Assembly (NCBI GenBank): GCA_022072415.1
Contig: JAJVHW010000003.1
Location: forward strand, 1-59,659
DNA: 59,659 bases
Reading direction: 5' to 3'
Source: Planctomycetota bacterium
Lineage (GTDB): Bacteria; Planctomycetota; JAJSAM01; JAJVHW01
Under the pieces are notes generated by a model. That model was not told the origin of the DNA, made no database searches, and was given only the letters and a program-made list of their open reading frames with translations. Below are positions 32,319-40,832 of this stretch, in pieces. Position 1 is the stretch's first letter; every line of letters begins with the position of its first letter. The translations under genes were made by a program, and so were the position numbers.

Positions 32319-32611
32319 GAGCAGCGAGCGTGAGCGTCAGGGGCCGAGCCTGGTCAGGACTGTTGCTCCCGAAGTAAGGGGGGATGACGCCCGCCGAGCC
32401 TGACCGGGCTCCCGCGTCTGTCGCAGGAGCCGCATGTGTCGCATCTGTCGCAGCAGATACAGGAGTGGACGAACTCCCGCGGCCAGCCGGGAGCGGAACA
32501 GCGGGGGACACGAGCCGCGCGACGGCCCGCGACGCCGCGGGTTCACGGCAGCGAGCCTCGGGACCGCGATTCCCGGTCGGCTCAACGGGCGCGTGCGCGT
32601 ATCCTCAGGCC

Positions 32612-32833
32612 ATGCGCATCGTGTCCGGACGGGTGATCGACGGGAAGGTCGTCGTCGAGGGCGCCACCCTTGATGAGGGCACGACCGTCACGATCATGAC
32701 CCCCGAGGACGACGAGACGTTCGAACTCGGCGCGGAGGACGAAGCGGCGCTCCTGGCATCGATCGCCGAGGCAGAGCGCGGACAGGTCGTGCCCGCCCAG
32801 ACCGTCCTCGACCGGCTCCGCCGACTCGGGTGA
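32612..32833 (+). CDS. type II antitoxin (addiction-module component / ParD-like)
   Basis: ATG at 32612 in the frame of ORF 32384..32833. 'EDEAALLASIAEAERGQVVPAQTVLDRLRR' is a typical antitoxin C-terminus. GTGA overlap with the toxin gene. Confidence 0.7.
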   Translation: MRIVSGRVIDGKVVVEGATLDEGTTVTIMTPEDDETFELGAEDEAALLASIAEAERGQVVPAQTVLDRLRRLG

Positions 32834-33132
32834 GCGCGCGCCTTGTCGTCGTCACCGCCAAGGCGGCGGCGGAGATCGAGCAGGTCGCCGAGTGGTGGAA
32901 CACGAACCGACCGGCGGCCCCCGACGCGGTTCGAGAGGAACTCGCGCGGGCCTTCGCGCTCGTCGCCTCGCAACCGCGGATCGGCGCCGTCGCGCGCAAC
33001 GCGCGCCTCGGAGGCGTCCGCCGCGTGCACCTCGGCCGCATCCGCTACCACATGTACTATCGCGTGACCGGCCGATCCGTCGAGGTGCTGGCGCTTTGGC
33101 ACGCAAGTCGCGGCAGCGGGCCGGACCTGTAG
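32830..33132 (+). CDS. ParE/RelE-family toxin
   Basis: 100 aa. 'AAAEIEQVAEWW', 'YHMYYRVTGRSVEVLALWHASR' is the characteristic ParE/RelE C-terminal pattern. Confidence 0.8.
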   Translation: MSARLVVVTAKAAAEIEQVAEWWNTNRPAAPDAVREELARAFALVASQPRIGAVARNARLGGVRRVHLGRIRYHMYYRVTGRSVEVLALWHASRGSGPDL

Positions 33133-33136
33133 CTGC

Positions 33137-34656
33137 GCCCGATCACGCGGCGGCACCCTTGACCGGATGCAGACCCGCCGCGCCCGGAAGTCCTACGATC
33201 CACGCTTGGTCACGTTGGTCCGGGACTCCGGCGACGCGGCGCTCGCGATGCGTCTCGGCGTGCCGCGGACGACGGCCGCCGGATGGCTCCGACGCGCGCC
33301 GTCATCGATCGTCACAGCCCCTGACCTCGTCGCGACCAACACCGCGCTGCTCGCGCGGGTCGCGCACCTCGAGAAGCGCGTCCGCCGGATGGCCGCGTTC
33401 CTGCGCATCCTCCTCGTGATCCTGCGCATCGTCCAGCCCGACCTCCGGCGTCTGCGTATCCCGCGTGCGGAGGACAAGGCGCGACTGCTCCGCGCCGTCG
33501 AGCGTTCGCGCGATGTGCTCGGACTCCGCCGCGTGCTCAGGATCACAGGGCTCTCCCCGTCGCGGCTCGCCGCGTGGCGGCGGGCGGAGCGGGGGTGCGC
33601 CCTCGCCGACGCGCTGTCCTGCCCCCGATCGTCTCCCCAGCGGCTGACGCACGCCGAGGTCTCCGAGATCCGCTCGATGACGACCGCCGCGGAGTACCGG
33701 CACGTCTCGACGGGCAAACTCGCGCTCCTCGCGCAGCGGCTCGGCCGCGTGGTCGCCGCTCCGGCGACGTGGTGCCGCCTCGTCCGGGAACGCGGCTGGC
33801 GCCGGCCGCGTCAACGGGTCCATCCCAGGCCGCCGCGCGTGGGCATCCGCGCCGCGCGCCCGAACGAGATCTGGCACATCGACACGACGGTCGTGCGGCT
33901 CCTCGACGGTTCCCGCGTGTACGTCCATGCCGTGATCGACAATCTCTCGCGACGCATCCTGGCATGGCGCGTGGCCGACCGCTTCGACCCGGGAGTCACG
34001 GCTTCGCTGCTCGTGGACGCCGGACGGCACCTCGGCGCCGAACACAGTCCGCCCATGCTCCTCGCAGATTCCGGCGTCGAGAACCTCAACGGCGCTGTCG
34101 ACGCGCTCGTGAACGACGGACGCCTCCGGCGCGTCCTCGCTGGGACCGAGATCGACTCCTCCAACTCGATGATCGAAGCGTTCTGGCGCGTGCTCAAGCA
34201 CCAGTGGCTCTTCCTGAACCGCCTCGACACGGCCGACGCCGTCAGGCGCCTCGTGGCGTTCTACGTCGAGGAGCACAACCGTCGCCTGCCCCACTCCGCC
34301 TTCGACGGGCAGACGCCCGACGAGATGTACTTCGGCACCGGCGGACACGTCCCGGCCGTACTCGAAGTAGCGAAGTCGGCGGCCCGACGCCGCAGACTGG
34401 AGGTGCATCGCGCCGCGCGCTGCGCGGTCTGCGTCTGACCGAGTTGGTCCCCATGTCGTGCTCGACGGGTCGCGGCCCTGCCGCCGACTTGCCCGTCACG
34501 CTGCGACGTCACGGCGTTGTCGGCCGGTTCCTCGAACCAGGACGGCCCTCCGCGACCGGCCGAACACACGGCGAGGCCCGGCCCGACCGGATCGGCCGCT
34601 CCCGGATGCCCGAGGTGACGATCATCCGTCAGAAAACAACCGAATGTCGTGATCGG
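33137..34656. mobile_element. IS element (IS3/IS481-type); ends tentative
   Basis: Carries the rve transposase. A short inverted 9-mer CCGATCACG/CGTGATCGG sits near 33138-33148 and 34646-34656. The right end coincides with the point where a minus-strand ORF loses protein-like character. Confidence 0.4.
33167..34438 (+). CDS. DDE (rve, integrase-core) transposase
   Basis: 423 aa. N-terminal HTH ('LGVPRTTAAGWLRR'). DDE triad context 'IWHIDTT', 'AVIDNLSRRILAW', 'NSMIEAFWRVLK'. Confidence 0.85.
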   Translation: MQTRRARKSYDPRLVTLVRDSGDAALAMRLGVPRTTAAGWLRRAPSSIVTAPDLVATNTALLARVAHLEKRVRRMAAFLRILLVILRIVQPDLRRLRIPRAEDKARLLRAVERSRDVLGLRRVLRITGLSPSRLAAWRRAERGCALADALSCPRSSPQRLTHAEVSEIRSMTTAAEYRHVSTGKLALLAQRLGRVVAAPATWCRLVRERGWRRPRQRVHPRPPRVGIRAARPNEIWHIDTTVVRLLDGSRVYVHAVIDNLSRRILAWRVADRFDPGVTASLLVDAGRHLGAEHSPPMLLADSGVENLNGAVDALVNDGRLRRVLAGTEIDSSNSMIEAFWRVLKHQWLFLNRLDTADAVRRLVAFYVEEHNRRLPHSAFDGQTPDEMYFGTGGHVPAVLEVAKSAARRRRLEVHRAARCAVCV

Positions 34657-34760
34657 TAGCTGGGCGAGGAGCGACGCCCGGAGGAGCTCGCGCTCCTCCC
34701 GGTCCACGACCGGGCAGAGGGTCGAGAACTCCTCGTCGAGCCGGAACTCCGGGGTGGCCG

Positions 34761-35003
34761 TCATCGCGCGGCCTCGCCGTCCGGTCCGAAGAAGGTGTCG
34801 ACCGAGGGGGCGCCGAGGAGGTCACGGAGCCGGGGCAGGAGGGACGCGCGGGGCGCGTGGGAGCGGAGCGCGACCCGACCCTCCCACCGCATGACCGAGT
34901 AGGAGTGGACGCCGAGCGCCGCGCCGACCTCGGTCGTGGTGAACCCGGCTCGCTCGCGCAGACGCCGGAGCGTCGCGCCGTTCCAGTCGTCCTTCCCGAC
35001 TAC
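34761..35003 (-). CDS. XRE-family HTH protein (start codon unresolved)
   Basis: 'WNGATLRRLRERAGFTTTEVGAALGVHSYSVMRWEGR' is an HTH_3 motif in the frame of ORF 34761..35330. There is no ATG/GTG/TTG near the domain start. It abuts the stop of the upstream XRE gene. Confidence 0.45.
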   Translation of the reverse strand, partial: VVGKDDWNGATLRRLRERAGFTTTEVGAALGVHSYSVMRWEGRVALRSHAPRASLLPRLRDLLGAPSVDTFFGPDGEAAR

Positions 35004-35233
35004 TCGGGGAGGATGTCGTCCGTCGAGCAGTGCAGCAGACGGGCGAGCGGCCGGATCTTGGTGATCTTCACCTCGGCCCGTCCGGCGATCCACCGGCTGA
35101 CCGTGTACGCGCGGACGTCGAGCGCCGAGGCGATGTCCTCGTTCGTGAGTCCGCTCGCCTCGAACCGGCGGCGGAGTCTCCGCGCGTCCCAACGCGTGTC
35201 CAGAGCTGCGGTTCGAGTTCCTCGCTTCGGCAT
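35000..35233 (-). CDS. XRE-family HTH regulator (cI/Cro-like)
   Basis: 77 aa. 'LRRRFEASGLTNEDIASALDVRAYTVSRWIAGR...LARLLHCSTDDIL' is a complete HTH_3 domain. Confidence 0.75.
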   Translation of the reverse strand: MPKRGTRTAALDTRWDARRLRRRFEASGLTNEDIASALDVRAYTVSRWIAGRAEVKITKIRPLARLLHCSTDDILPE

Positions 35234-35509
35234 CCCGCGTCACGTTAGCGACTCCTTTGGTACTCGCCAAGGTAGGTCGCCCCGTCTTGCTTGTCAACTT
35301 TCCGTTCCACGTTTGCTTGCTATTGGCCACGGACCTGCCCTATGGTTGCGATCTGTCTCTCGCGTCAGGACCGCCACGCGCGGCCCTCGCGCTGGGTTCG
35401 TCGGCGGTTCCCCTGGCCTGCCCCTGGCCGGGTCCGGCGCGGCCCCGGCGGCGGGGTCGCGGTTGTCCTGTCCTGCACCGAACAGCATACGAACACCGGG
35501 GACAGGCCG

Positions 35510-35863
35510 ATGCGCCCAAGTGCTTGTGAAACGCGGGGTTCTACGCGCCATGGTGGTCCTGGCGCGAATGGGCACGAGCCCTTGAGCGAATCGGATTCCG
35601 GGACCACGCCAGATCGCGCCGCGGCGCCCTCCGACCCCTTCGGCGAGCCCCTCGTGAACGCCGCGTCGGTCGCCCAGTTCCTCGCCGTCGACACTTCGAC
35701 GGTCTACCGCCTGGCGCAGACCGGCGCGATACCGGCGATCAAGATCGCGCACCGGGTGCTCCGCTTCCGCGCCACGGACGTCCGCGAGTTCCTCGAGGCC
35801 CGCATGCGCAAGGCCGCCACCCCCGGACGAGTCAAGTCCCTCCTCGGGAAGGCCCGTGAGTAG
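35510..35863 (+). CDS. excisionase-family (MerR-like HTH) DNA-binding protein
   Basis: 'VAQFLAVDTSTVYRLAQTGAIPAIKIAHRVLRFRATDVREFL' is the excisionase HTH. Its stop overlaps the integrase GTG start. The N-terminal extent is uncertain. Confidence 0.7.
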   Translation: MRPSACETRGSTRHGGPGANGHEPLSESDSGTTPDRAAAPSDPFGEPLVNAASVAQFLAVDTSTVYRLAQTGAIPAIKIAHRVLRFRATDVREFLEARMRKAATPGRVKSLLGKARE

Positions 35864-37205
35864 CCGTCTCAAACGAACTGGAGGTGTCCCCGGGGGAGAG
35901 CGTCCATCCGGACCGCCCGCGCTCCGCATCGTGCGGGGCCCGGCGACCGGAGACGCCACCGTGACAGCCGAGACCGAGGAGCGACCCCGCCGCCGCAGCA
36001 AGCGCAGGCGCCGCTTTGGGAACATCTACTCCCGCAAGTGGGGCTCGGGCCGGCGGACCTGGTCCGCGAAGTACTTCTGCCGCGCGGAGCGCCGCTGGCT
36101 CACGCGCGCGTTCGAGACCGAGTCCGAGGCGAAGCAGTTCCTCGACGAGGTCGAGCGCCGGATCCTCGCCGAGCACTACGAGGTCCCGCCGACGATCGTC
36201 GAGGCGCAGGAGAAGGCCGTCGCCGCGTCCGTCGCGAACGCGCCGAAGGTCGTCCCGACGCTCGTCGCGTACGCCGAGGACGTGATCGAGCGCCGGTTCG
36301 ACGCGGTCCTCTCCGACGGCGCCATGGGCGTCTTCCGCGCGGCGCTCCGGGCGTGGAAGGTGTTCTTCGGGAAGCGCGCGGGGCGCCCGGCCCTCCGCCT
36401 CGACGAGATCACGCCCGCCCTCTGGCTCGACTACCGCGCGTGGCGCACCACGGCGCGGAACTCCCTCGGCGGTCCCGCGAAGCCGATCAGCCCGACGACG
36501 ATCAACGCCGACCACCGCGCGATCGTCCGCATCCTCAACGAGGCCGTCCTCGACGCGCACCTCGCGAAGAACCCGCTCGCCGGGCTGAAGAAGCTCCGCT
36601 CGCCCCAGCGCCCGCGGCGCTACCTGACGAAGGAGGAACTCGGCGCGCTGATCGCGAACTGCCCCGCGCACTTCAAGCCCTTCCTTGTGACCGCCATCTA
36701 CACGGGCGCGCGCAAGGGCGAGCTCACGCGGCTACGCTGGTCGGACCTCAACTTCGAGGGGAAGAAGATCGCGCTGTTCCGGCCGAAGGTCGGGAACGCG
36801 GACTGGATCGACATGCACCCGGCGGTGGACGCGGAGCTGACGCGGCTCAAGGAGACGCGCGACGCCGCGCTCCGGGAGGAGGGGAAGCGCGTCCTCCCCG
36901 AGGACCACGTCTTCCTCTCTTGGCACGGGACGCCCTACAAGGAGATCCGACGCTCCTGGCAGCTCGCGCTCAAGGCCGCGGGGCTCGACGGGCGACCTGG
37001 ACTGACGCCGCACACCACACGCCACTCGTTTGCGACGCACTACCTCCAGGGCGGCGGCGCGGTTACCGACCTGCAGCAGCAGCTCGGGCACGCCGAGCTC
37101 GCGACGACGCAGATCTACGCAGCGGCCGTGTCCGCGCGGAGACGCGCGACGGTGATGGCGCTGGACTTCGGCGACGGAGCATCGCGACCGATCCGCGAGT
37201 CCTAG
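35856..37205 (+). CDS. tyrosine recombinase / phage integrase
   Basis: 449 aa. 'ARKGELTRLRWSDL' (Arg I), 'HTTRHSFATHYL' (HxxR) and 'LGHAELATTQIYAAAV' (catalytic Tyr). N-terminal SAM-like domain. Confidence 0.93.
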   Translation: MSSRLKRTGGVPGGERPSGPPALRIVRGPATGDATVTAETEERPRRRSKRRRRFGNIYSRKWGSGRRTWSAKYFCRAERRWLTRAFETESEAKQFLDEVERRILAEHYEVPPTIVEAQEKAVAASVANAPKVVPTLVAYAEDVIERRFDAVLSDGAMGVFRAALRAWKVFFGKRAGRPALRLDEITPALWLDYRAWRTTARNSLGGPAKPISPTTINADHRAIVRILNEAVLDAHLAKNPLAGLKKLRSPQRPRRYLTKEELGALIANCPAHFKPFLVTAIYTGARKGELTRLRWSDLNFEGKKIALFRPKVGNADWIDMHPAVDAELTRLKETRDAALREEGKRVLPEDHVFLSWHGTPYKEIRRSWQLALKAAGLDGRPGLTPHTTRHSFATHYLQGGGAVTDLQQQLGHAELATTQIYAAAVSARRRATVMALDFGDGASRPIRES

Positions 37206-38101
37206 GAGTCGACGGGACGCATTGTCGAGAGGTCCGGGAAGGCGCGAAGAGCCGCGTCTCGCGCTCCGGGGCACAGATAGATGCACGGTGCGAGCGAGTC
37301 CGCGCGCGTGACGACGAGCGCTCGGTCAGAGTGGTGCCACTCCTGAATGACGCCAATGAGGCGCGGCGTCCCCAGCGGCGTCCAGAGTCCGGATGTGGGG
37401 TCAGTTCGCCCCAAGAGCCACGCACCGCAGCCGCTGAGCCCGCGCGGCCGCGGCGCCTTGCCGACCAACCCGACGCGCATCGGCGGATCACGATCAAAGC
37501 GGACACTGAACGACGGCGCCTTCGCCCCGTTCTTCGGCCGGACCTTGCGGGGGAGATCCGCGCTCGCCGACGTGTAGAAGTACGTACTCTCGACTCGCAC
37601 CCCAGGCAGGCCACCAGCGTCGTACTGTCGGCCGTGCTCGACCGGGAACCCCTGGACTCCAACGACGTCGCCTGGCGCGGGCTCGTACTGAACATCGATG
37701 TCACTCAGGTCGGTCACCGCGTGGCCGCTGTCCTCCACGTTCACGTCCTCCGGCACTGGGATGGCGGCGACATCGACGCGGTCTCGAAGTCGGTCGCCGC
37801 GCGGAGCAACGCTCTCGGCGAACTCGAAGGGGAGCACAGTGACGGCCGCGGGCGCATCACCAGCCGCGGCAAGAGCTGGAACGGCATGCAGCCGACGAAT
37901 CACATCGACCGCGTGCGCCGCCGTGACCGCAAGGGTTCGTAGACCGGCTCGCACCAGCACGCACGATCCGATGTGCTCGAGCTTCCCCGGCGAGCTGGCC
38001 AGCAGCGGGCAGGTCCGCCGGTACGTGTGCATCTTCGCCCGCTCCGCGGCGGCGGCGAACTCCGCCTCGTCGGCGACGATGGTCATGTAGGGGCCCCACA
38101 T
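37202..38101 (-). CDS. trypsin-like (chymotrypsin-fold) serine peptidase
   Basis: H-D-S order: 'VTAAHAV', 'RVDVAAIPV', 'GLSGCGAW'. Its stop shares the CTAG tetranucleotide with the integrase stop. The alternative start is at 38086. Confidence 0.7.
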   Translation of the reverse strand: MWGPYMTIVADEAEFAAAAERAKMHTYRRTCPLLASSPGKLEHIGSCVLVRAGLRTLAVTAAHAVDVIRRLHAVPALAAAGDAPAAVTVLPFEFAESVAPRGDRLRDRVDVAAIPVPEDVNVEDSGHAVTDLSDIDVQYEPAPGDVVGVQGFPVEHGRQYDAGGLPGVRVESTYFYTSASADLPRKVRPKNGAKAPSFSVRFDRDPPMRVGLVGKAPRPRGLSGCGAWLLGRTDPTSGLWTPLGTPRLIGVIQEWHHSDRALVVTRADSLAPCIYLCPGARDAALRAFPDLSTMRPVDS

Positions 38102-38205
38102 AAGAGGGCAGTATCGCCGGAACCGCGCGGAACGACGGCCCTGTGCGAGGGCGTCGCGATGCGGTCGCGGCGACCGACGTCCACTCGTGAACGTAGACTC
38201 CGTCG

Positions 38206-39087
38206 ATGCGCCGCACCGCCAGACACGAACCGCCTGACGAAGAAGGGCTCCCGCGCCTCCGCCGTTCTCGCGAAGAGGTTCGGAAGCTGATCGACGATCG
38301 ACTGTCGGCCGCTAACGATGCGAGCACCGCCATCGCGGCCACGCGTAGTGACGAGGAAGGCTTGGAGGCGTTCGAGAAGTGGCGCGACCTGACGTGCAAC
38401 ATGCTGAAGGCCGTCTTCGATCGCGCCGACGTGGGCGACGACTTCTCTGGACGGGTGTCGCCGAGACATGTCGTCATGAGCGAGTACAGCCAGGTCGAGC
38501 AGATCGCGATCCCCGGCCTGAAGGGCGGCGTCGCGTTCCTCGAGACGCTGCGAGAGTCGCTCGACTTCCACGAGCTCGCGCCGGGTGTCACTGGTTCGCC
38601 GACGCCGTTGGGCAGAACCGATGCGAGCGACCACGGAGCGCGCGTGTTCGTCGTGCACGGTCGCGACTCCGCGTCGCGCCTGCAGGTCCAGCAGGTCCTC
38701 GGGGCGCTCGGACTCGAGCCGATCGTGCTGATGGACGAACCGGCGATGGGCCGGACGATCATCGAGAAGTTCGAGCAGGAGTCGAGAGCCGGATTCGCCG
38801 TGGTGGTCCTGACTGGAGATGACGAGGGCGGACCGTTCGGAAGCTCCGAGCCGCCACGTCGTCGCGCGCGCCAGAACGTGATCCTGGAGCTGGGGTACTT
38901 CCTCGGGAAGCTAGGTCGCCCGCGGGTCTGCGCGCTGCTCCAAGACGGTGTCGAGGTCCCATCCGACATCCACGGCGTGGAGTACGTCCCACTCGACAGT
39001 GCGGGCGCGTGGAAGTACGCGCTGGCCGACGAGCTCGACGCTGCCGGCTACCAGATCGACCGGAACCGCCTGAAGCGCGGGCGGTAG
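38206..39087 (+). CDS. TIR-like (COG4271, Cap12/PycTIR-type) domain protein with a helical N-terminal domain
   Basis: C-terminal 'VFVVHGRD...IIEKFE...FAVVVLTGDDEG...ARQNVILELGYFLGKLGRPRVCALLQDGVEVPSDIHGVEY' matches the TIR-like nucleotide-binding family seen in CBASS/Pycsar effectors. Confidence 0.8.
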   Translation: MRRTARHEPPDEEGLPRLRRSREEVRKLIDDRLSAANDASTAIAATRSDEEGLEAFEKWRDLTCNMLKAVFDRADVGDDFSGRVSPRHVVMSEYSQVEQIAIPGLKGGVAFLETLRESLDFHELAPGVTGSPTPLGRTDASDHGARVFVVHGRDSASRLQVQQVLGALGLEPIVLMDEPAMGRTIIEKFEQESRAGFAVVVLTGDDEGGPFGSSEPPRRRARQNVILELGYFLGKLGRPRVCALLQDGVEVPSDIHGVEYVPLDSAGAWKYALADELDAAGYQIDRNRLKRGR

Positions 39088-39240
39088 ACGCCCGCGTCGT
39101 CGCGCGTTTCGCTGCAACGCCACCGAACCGTGTCGATCCGCAGCGGTAGTGCAGCGGTAGCTCGATTCGAGCGTTTCCGGCGCTCCCTTGGCGCCCGCGG
39201 CGTCTCGTCGTAACTCGCGCTCCGCGCGTTAGTTACGTGT

Positions 39241-39287
39241 TGGTCGGGGCGAGAGGATTTGAACCTCCGGCCTCTTGCTCCCGAACG
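39241..39287 (-). other. tRNA-Pro(CGG)-like 3' half (att-type scar), not an intact tRNA
   Basis: The minus strand reads TTCGGGA GCAAG AGGCC GGAGG-TTCAAAT-CCTCT CGCCCCG A CCA. That gives a T arm, an acceptor 3' strand, a discriminator and CCA. There is no D arm and no complementary CGGGGCG upstream. Confidence 0.6.
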
Positions 39288-39578
39288 AAGCCGAGGTCGT
39301 TTCCCCACAAGGACTTACGCGCGCGGCTTGCCGCAATAGCCGCACAAGCCGCAGGAAGCGACTGACGTAGCGCTCCGGTTGGCACCTCCCGTGTAGGCGT
39401 CCTCGGGGCGGACCGGGACCACACCGAGCGCGCCTCCCGGCCACGCCGGAGGGCGCGGATCTGCCTCGATGCGTCGGGACCAGCCCTCCTCGGGTCGGAC
39501 GACACGCCCGCCGCTCCCAGCGCGCGAACGTACGTGGCACCGGGGCACGTCGGAGCCACCGTGTACAAGGACCCTGCG

Positions 39579-40832
39579 ATGTTGCCCCCTCCCACTACTG
39601 TCGATCTCTTCTGCGGTGCCGGCGGCCTGTCCCTGGGCCTGAAGCAGGCGGGCTACGACGTGCTGCTGGCGTCGGACTTCAACGCTGTCGCTGGCGAGAC
39701 GTACGCGCACAACCTCGGGACCGAGCGGTTCCGGCTCGCGGACATCCACGCGCTCGACCCGCGCGAGGTTCTGGACCGCATCGGACTTGGCACTGGCGAG
39801 CTCGATCTCCTCGCAGGAGGTCCTCCGTGCCAGGGCTTCTCCATCATCGGTGCCCGACACGAGCAGGACCCTCGGAACAGCCTCTTCCGAGAGTACCTCC
39901 GCATCGCGAAGGCGCTCAGGCCGCGCGCGATCGTCATGGAGAACGTGCCTGGTCTGCGGACGCTCGTCGGCGGTGCGGTTCTACGCGACATGTTCGACGG
40001 CTTCGACGCCGCGGGCTACCGCGTCGCGTGCGCCGAGCTCGTTGCCGCGCAGTACGGAGTGCCGCAACTACGCTGGCGGCTGGTGTTCGTTGCGTTCCGG
40101 AAGGACATCGACGTCCCGCCGGGATACGGCTTTCCCCGTCCCACGCATGGAAGCACGGCCATCGGGGAGCTCGTTCCCAATCGGACGCTGCTGCCCCACG
40201 AGCTGGAGGGCTTCCTCACGGTGCGGGACGCGATCGGTGACCTTCCCCGGGTCGCTTCGGGCGACTCGAACAACAGCTACGACGGAAAGCCGATACGTCC
40301 CTACCACGTGACCATGAGGAAGGGGCTCAAGGCGGAACTCTACAACCACTACGCCCCGAAGCTCTCCGAACAGAACCTCGCCAGGATCCGACATCTCCGT
40401 GCCGGACAGGACTGGCGCGACTTGCCGACCGAGCTGCTGCCGCTCGGAATGCGCCGCGCGCTCCGGAAGGATCACACCCGGCGGTTCAGCCGGATGACCT
40501 GGAACGGTGTGCCTCGCTCGATCATCACGCGGTTCCGCGATCCGAAGAGCGGCGAGTACACGCACCCGACGCAGCACCGGACGATCACCCTCCGAGAAGC
40601 GGCGCGCATCCAGTCGTTCCCGGACTGGTTCGAGTTCCGCGGGGCCGTCAGCGACATCTATGACCAGATCGGCAACGCGGTGCCGCCGCTGCTGGGGCAG
40701 GCCGTCGGGACGGAGATCGCCGCCTGCCTGAACGGCAAGCCGCGCGCGGAGCGACTAGACGTCTCCCAGAAGGGGCGTCTCGGGCGCCGCACCGCTCTTG
40801 CGCGATCGAGCCTTCTGTTCGACGCGCTCTAG
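39579..40832 (+). CDS. DNA (cytosine-5)-methyltransferase
   Basis: Motifs I 'DLFCGAGG', IV 'GGPPCQGFS', VI 'ENVPGL', VIII 'QLRWRLVFV', X 'GNAVPP'. Start taken at the second Met (39579). Confidence 0.92.
   Translation: MLPPPTTVDLFCGAGGLSLGLKQAGYDVLLASDFNAVAGETYAHNLGTERFRLADIHALDPREVLDRIGLGTGELDLLAGGPPCQGFSIIGARHEQDPRNSLFREYLRIAKALRPRAIVMENVPGLRTLVGGAVLRDMFDGFDAAGYRVACAELVAAQYGVPQLRWRLVFVAFRKDIDVPPGYGFPRPTHGSTAIGELVPNRTLLPHELEGFLTVRDAIGDLPRVASGDSNNSYDGKPIRPYHVTMRKGLKAELYNHYAPKLSEQNLARIRHLRAGQDWRDLPTELLPLGMRRALRKDHTRRFSRMTWNGVPRSIITRFRDPKSGEYTHPTQHRTITLREAARIQSFPDWFEFRGAVSDIYDQIGNAVPPLLGQAVGTEIAACLNGKPRAERLDVSQKGRLGRRTALARSSLLFDAL

Larger units (their letters stand above)
32360..39285. mobile_element. 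composite integrative island (TA, IS, XRE x2, xis/int, protease/TIR-like cargo); boundaries tentative
   Basis: Mobile-gene content. A 14-nt direct repeat CT[G/C]TTGCTCCCGAA lies at 32360-32373 and 39272-39285. The right copy sits in a tRNA-Pro-like 3' fragment. Confidence 0.4.

Noticed and set aside
34261-34764. 167-aa minus-strand ORF taken as a full-length gene
   Set aside because: Only the first ~36 codons look protein-like. The rest overlaps the IS/transposase 3' region in antisense, so I treat it as a truncated remnant (see findings).
39140-39161. Tandem GCAGCGGTAG(T/C) x2, resembling a tRNA D-arm
   Set aside because: No T arm or acceptor pairing follows on the plus strand. It is probably just a short tandem duplication in the spacer after the TIR-like gene.
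39241-39316. Intact 76-nt tRNA on the minus strand
   Set aside because: Only the 3' half is tRNA-like. The expected 5' acceptor strand (CGGGGCG) and D arm are missing, and the anticodon stem (CTTCG/GCAAG) does not pair.
39233-39600. tmRNA (ssrA), suggested by the T arm/ACCA end next to an integrase
   Set aside because: No 5' strand complements the acceptor. No tag-like reading frame ending in ..AA-stop appears in any minus frame. The acceptor lacks the G:U at position 3 that is typical of tmRNA.
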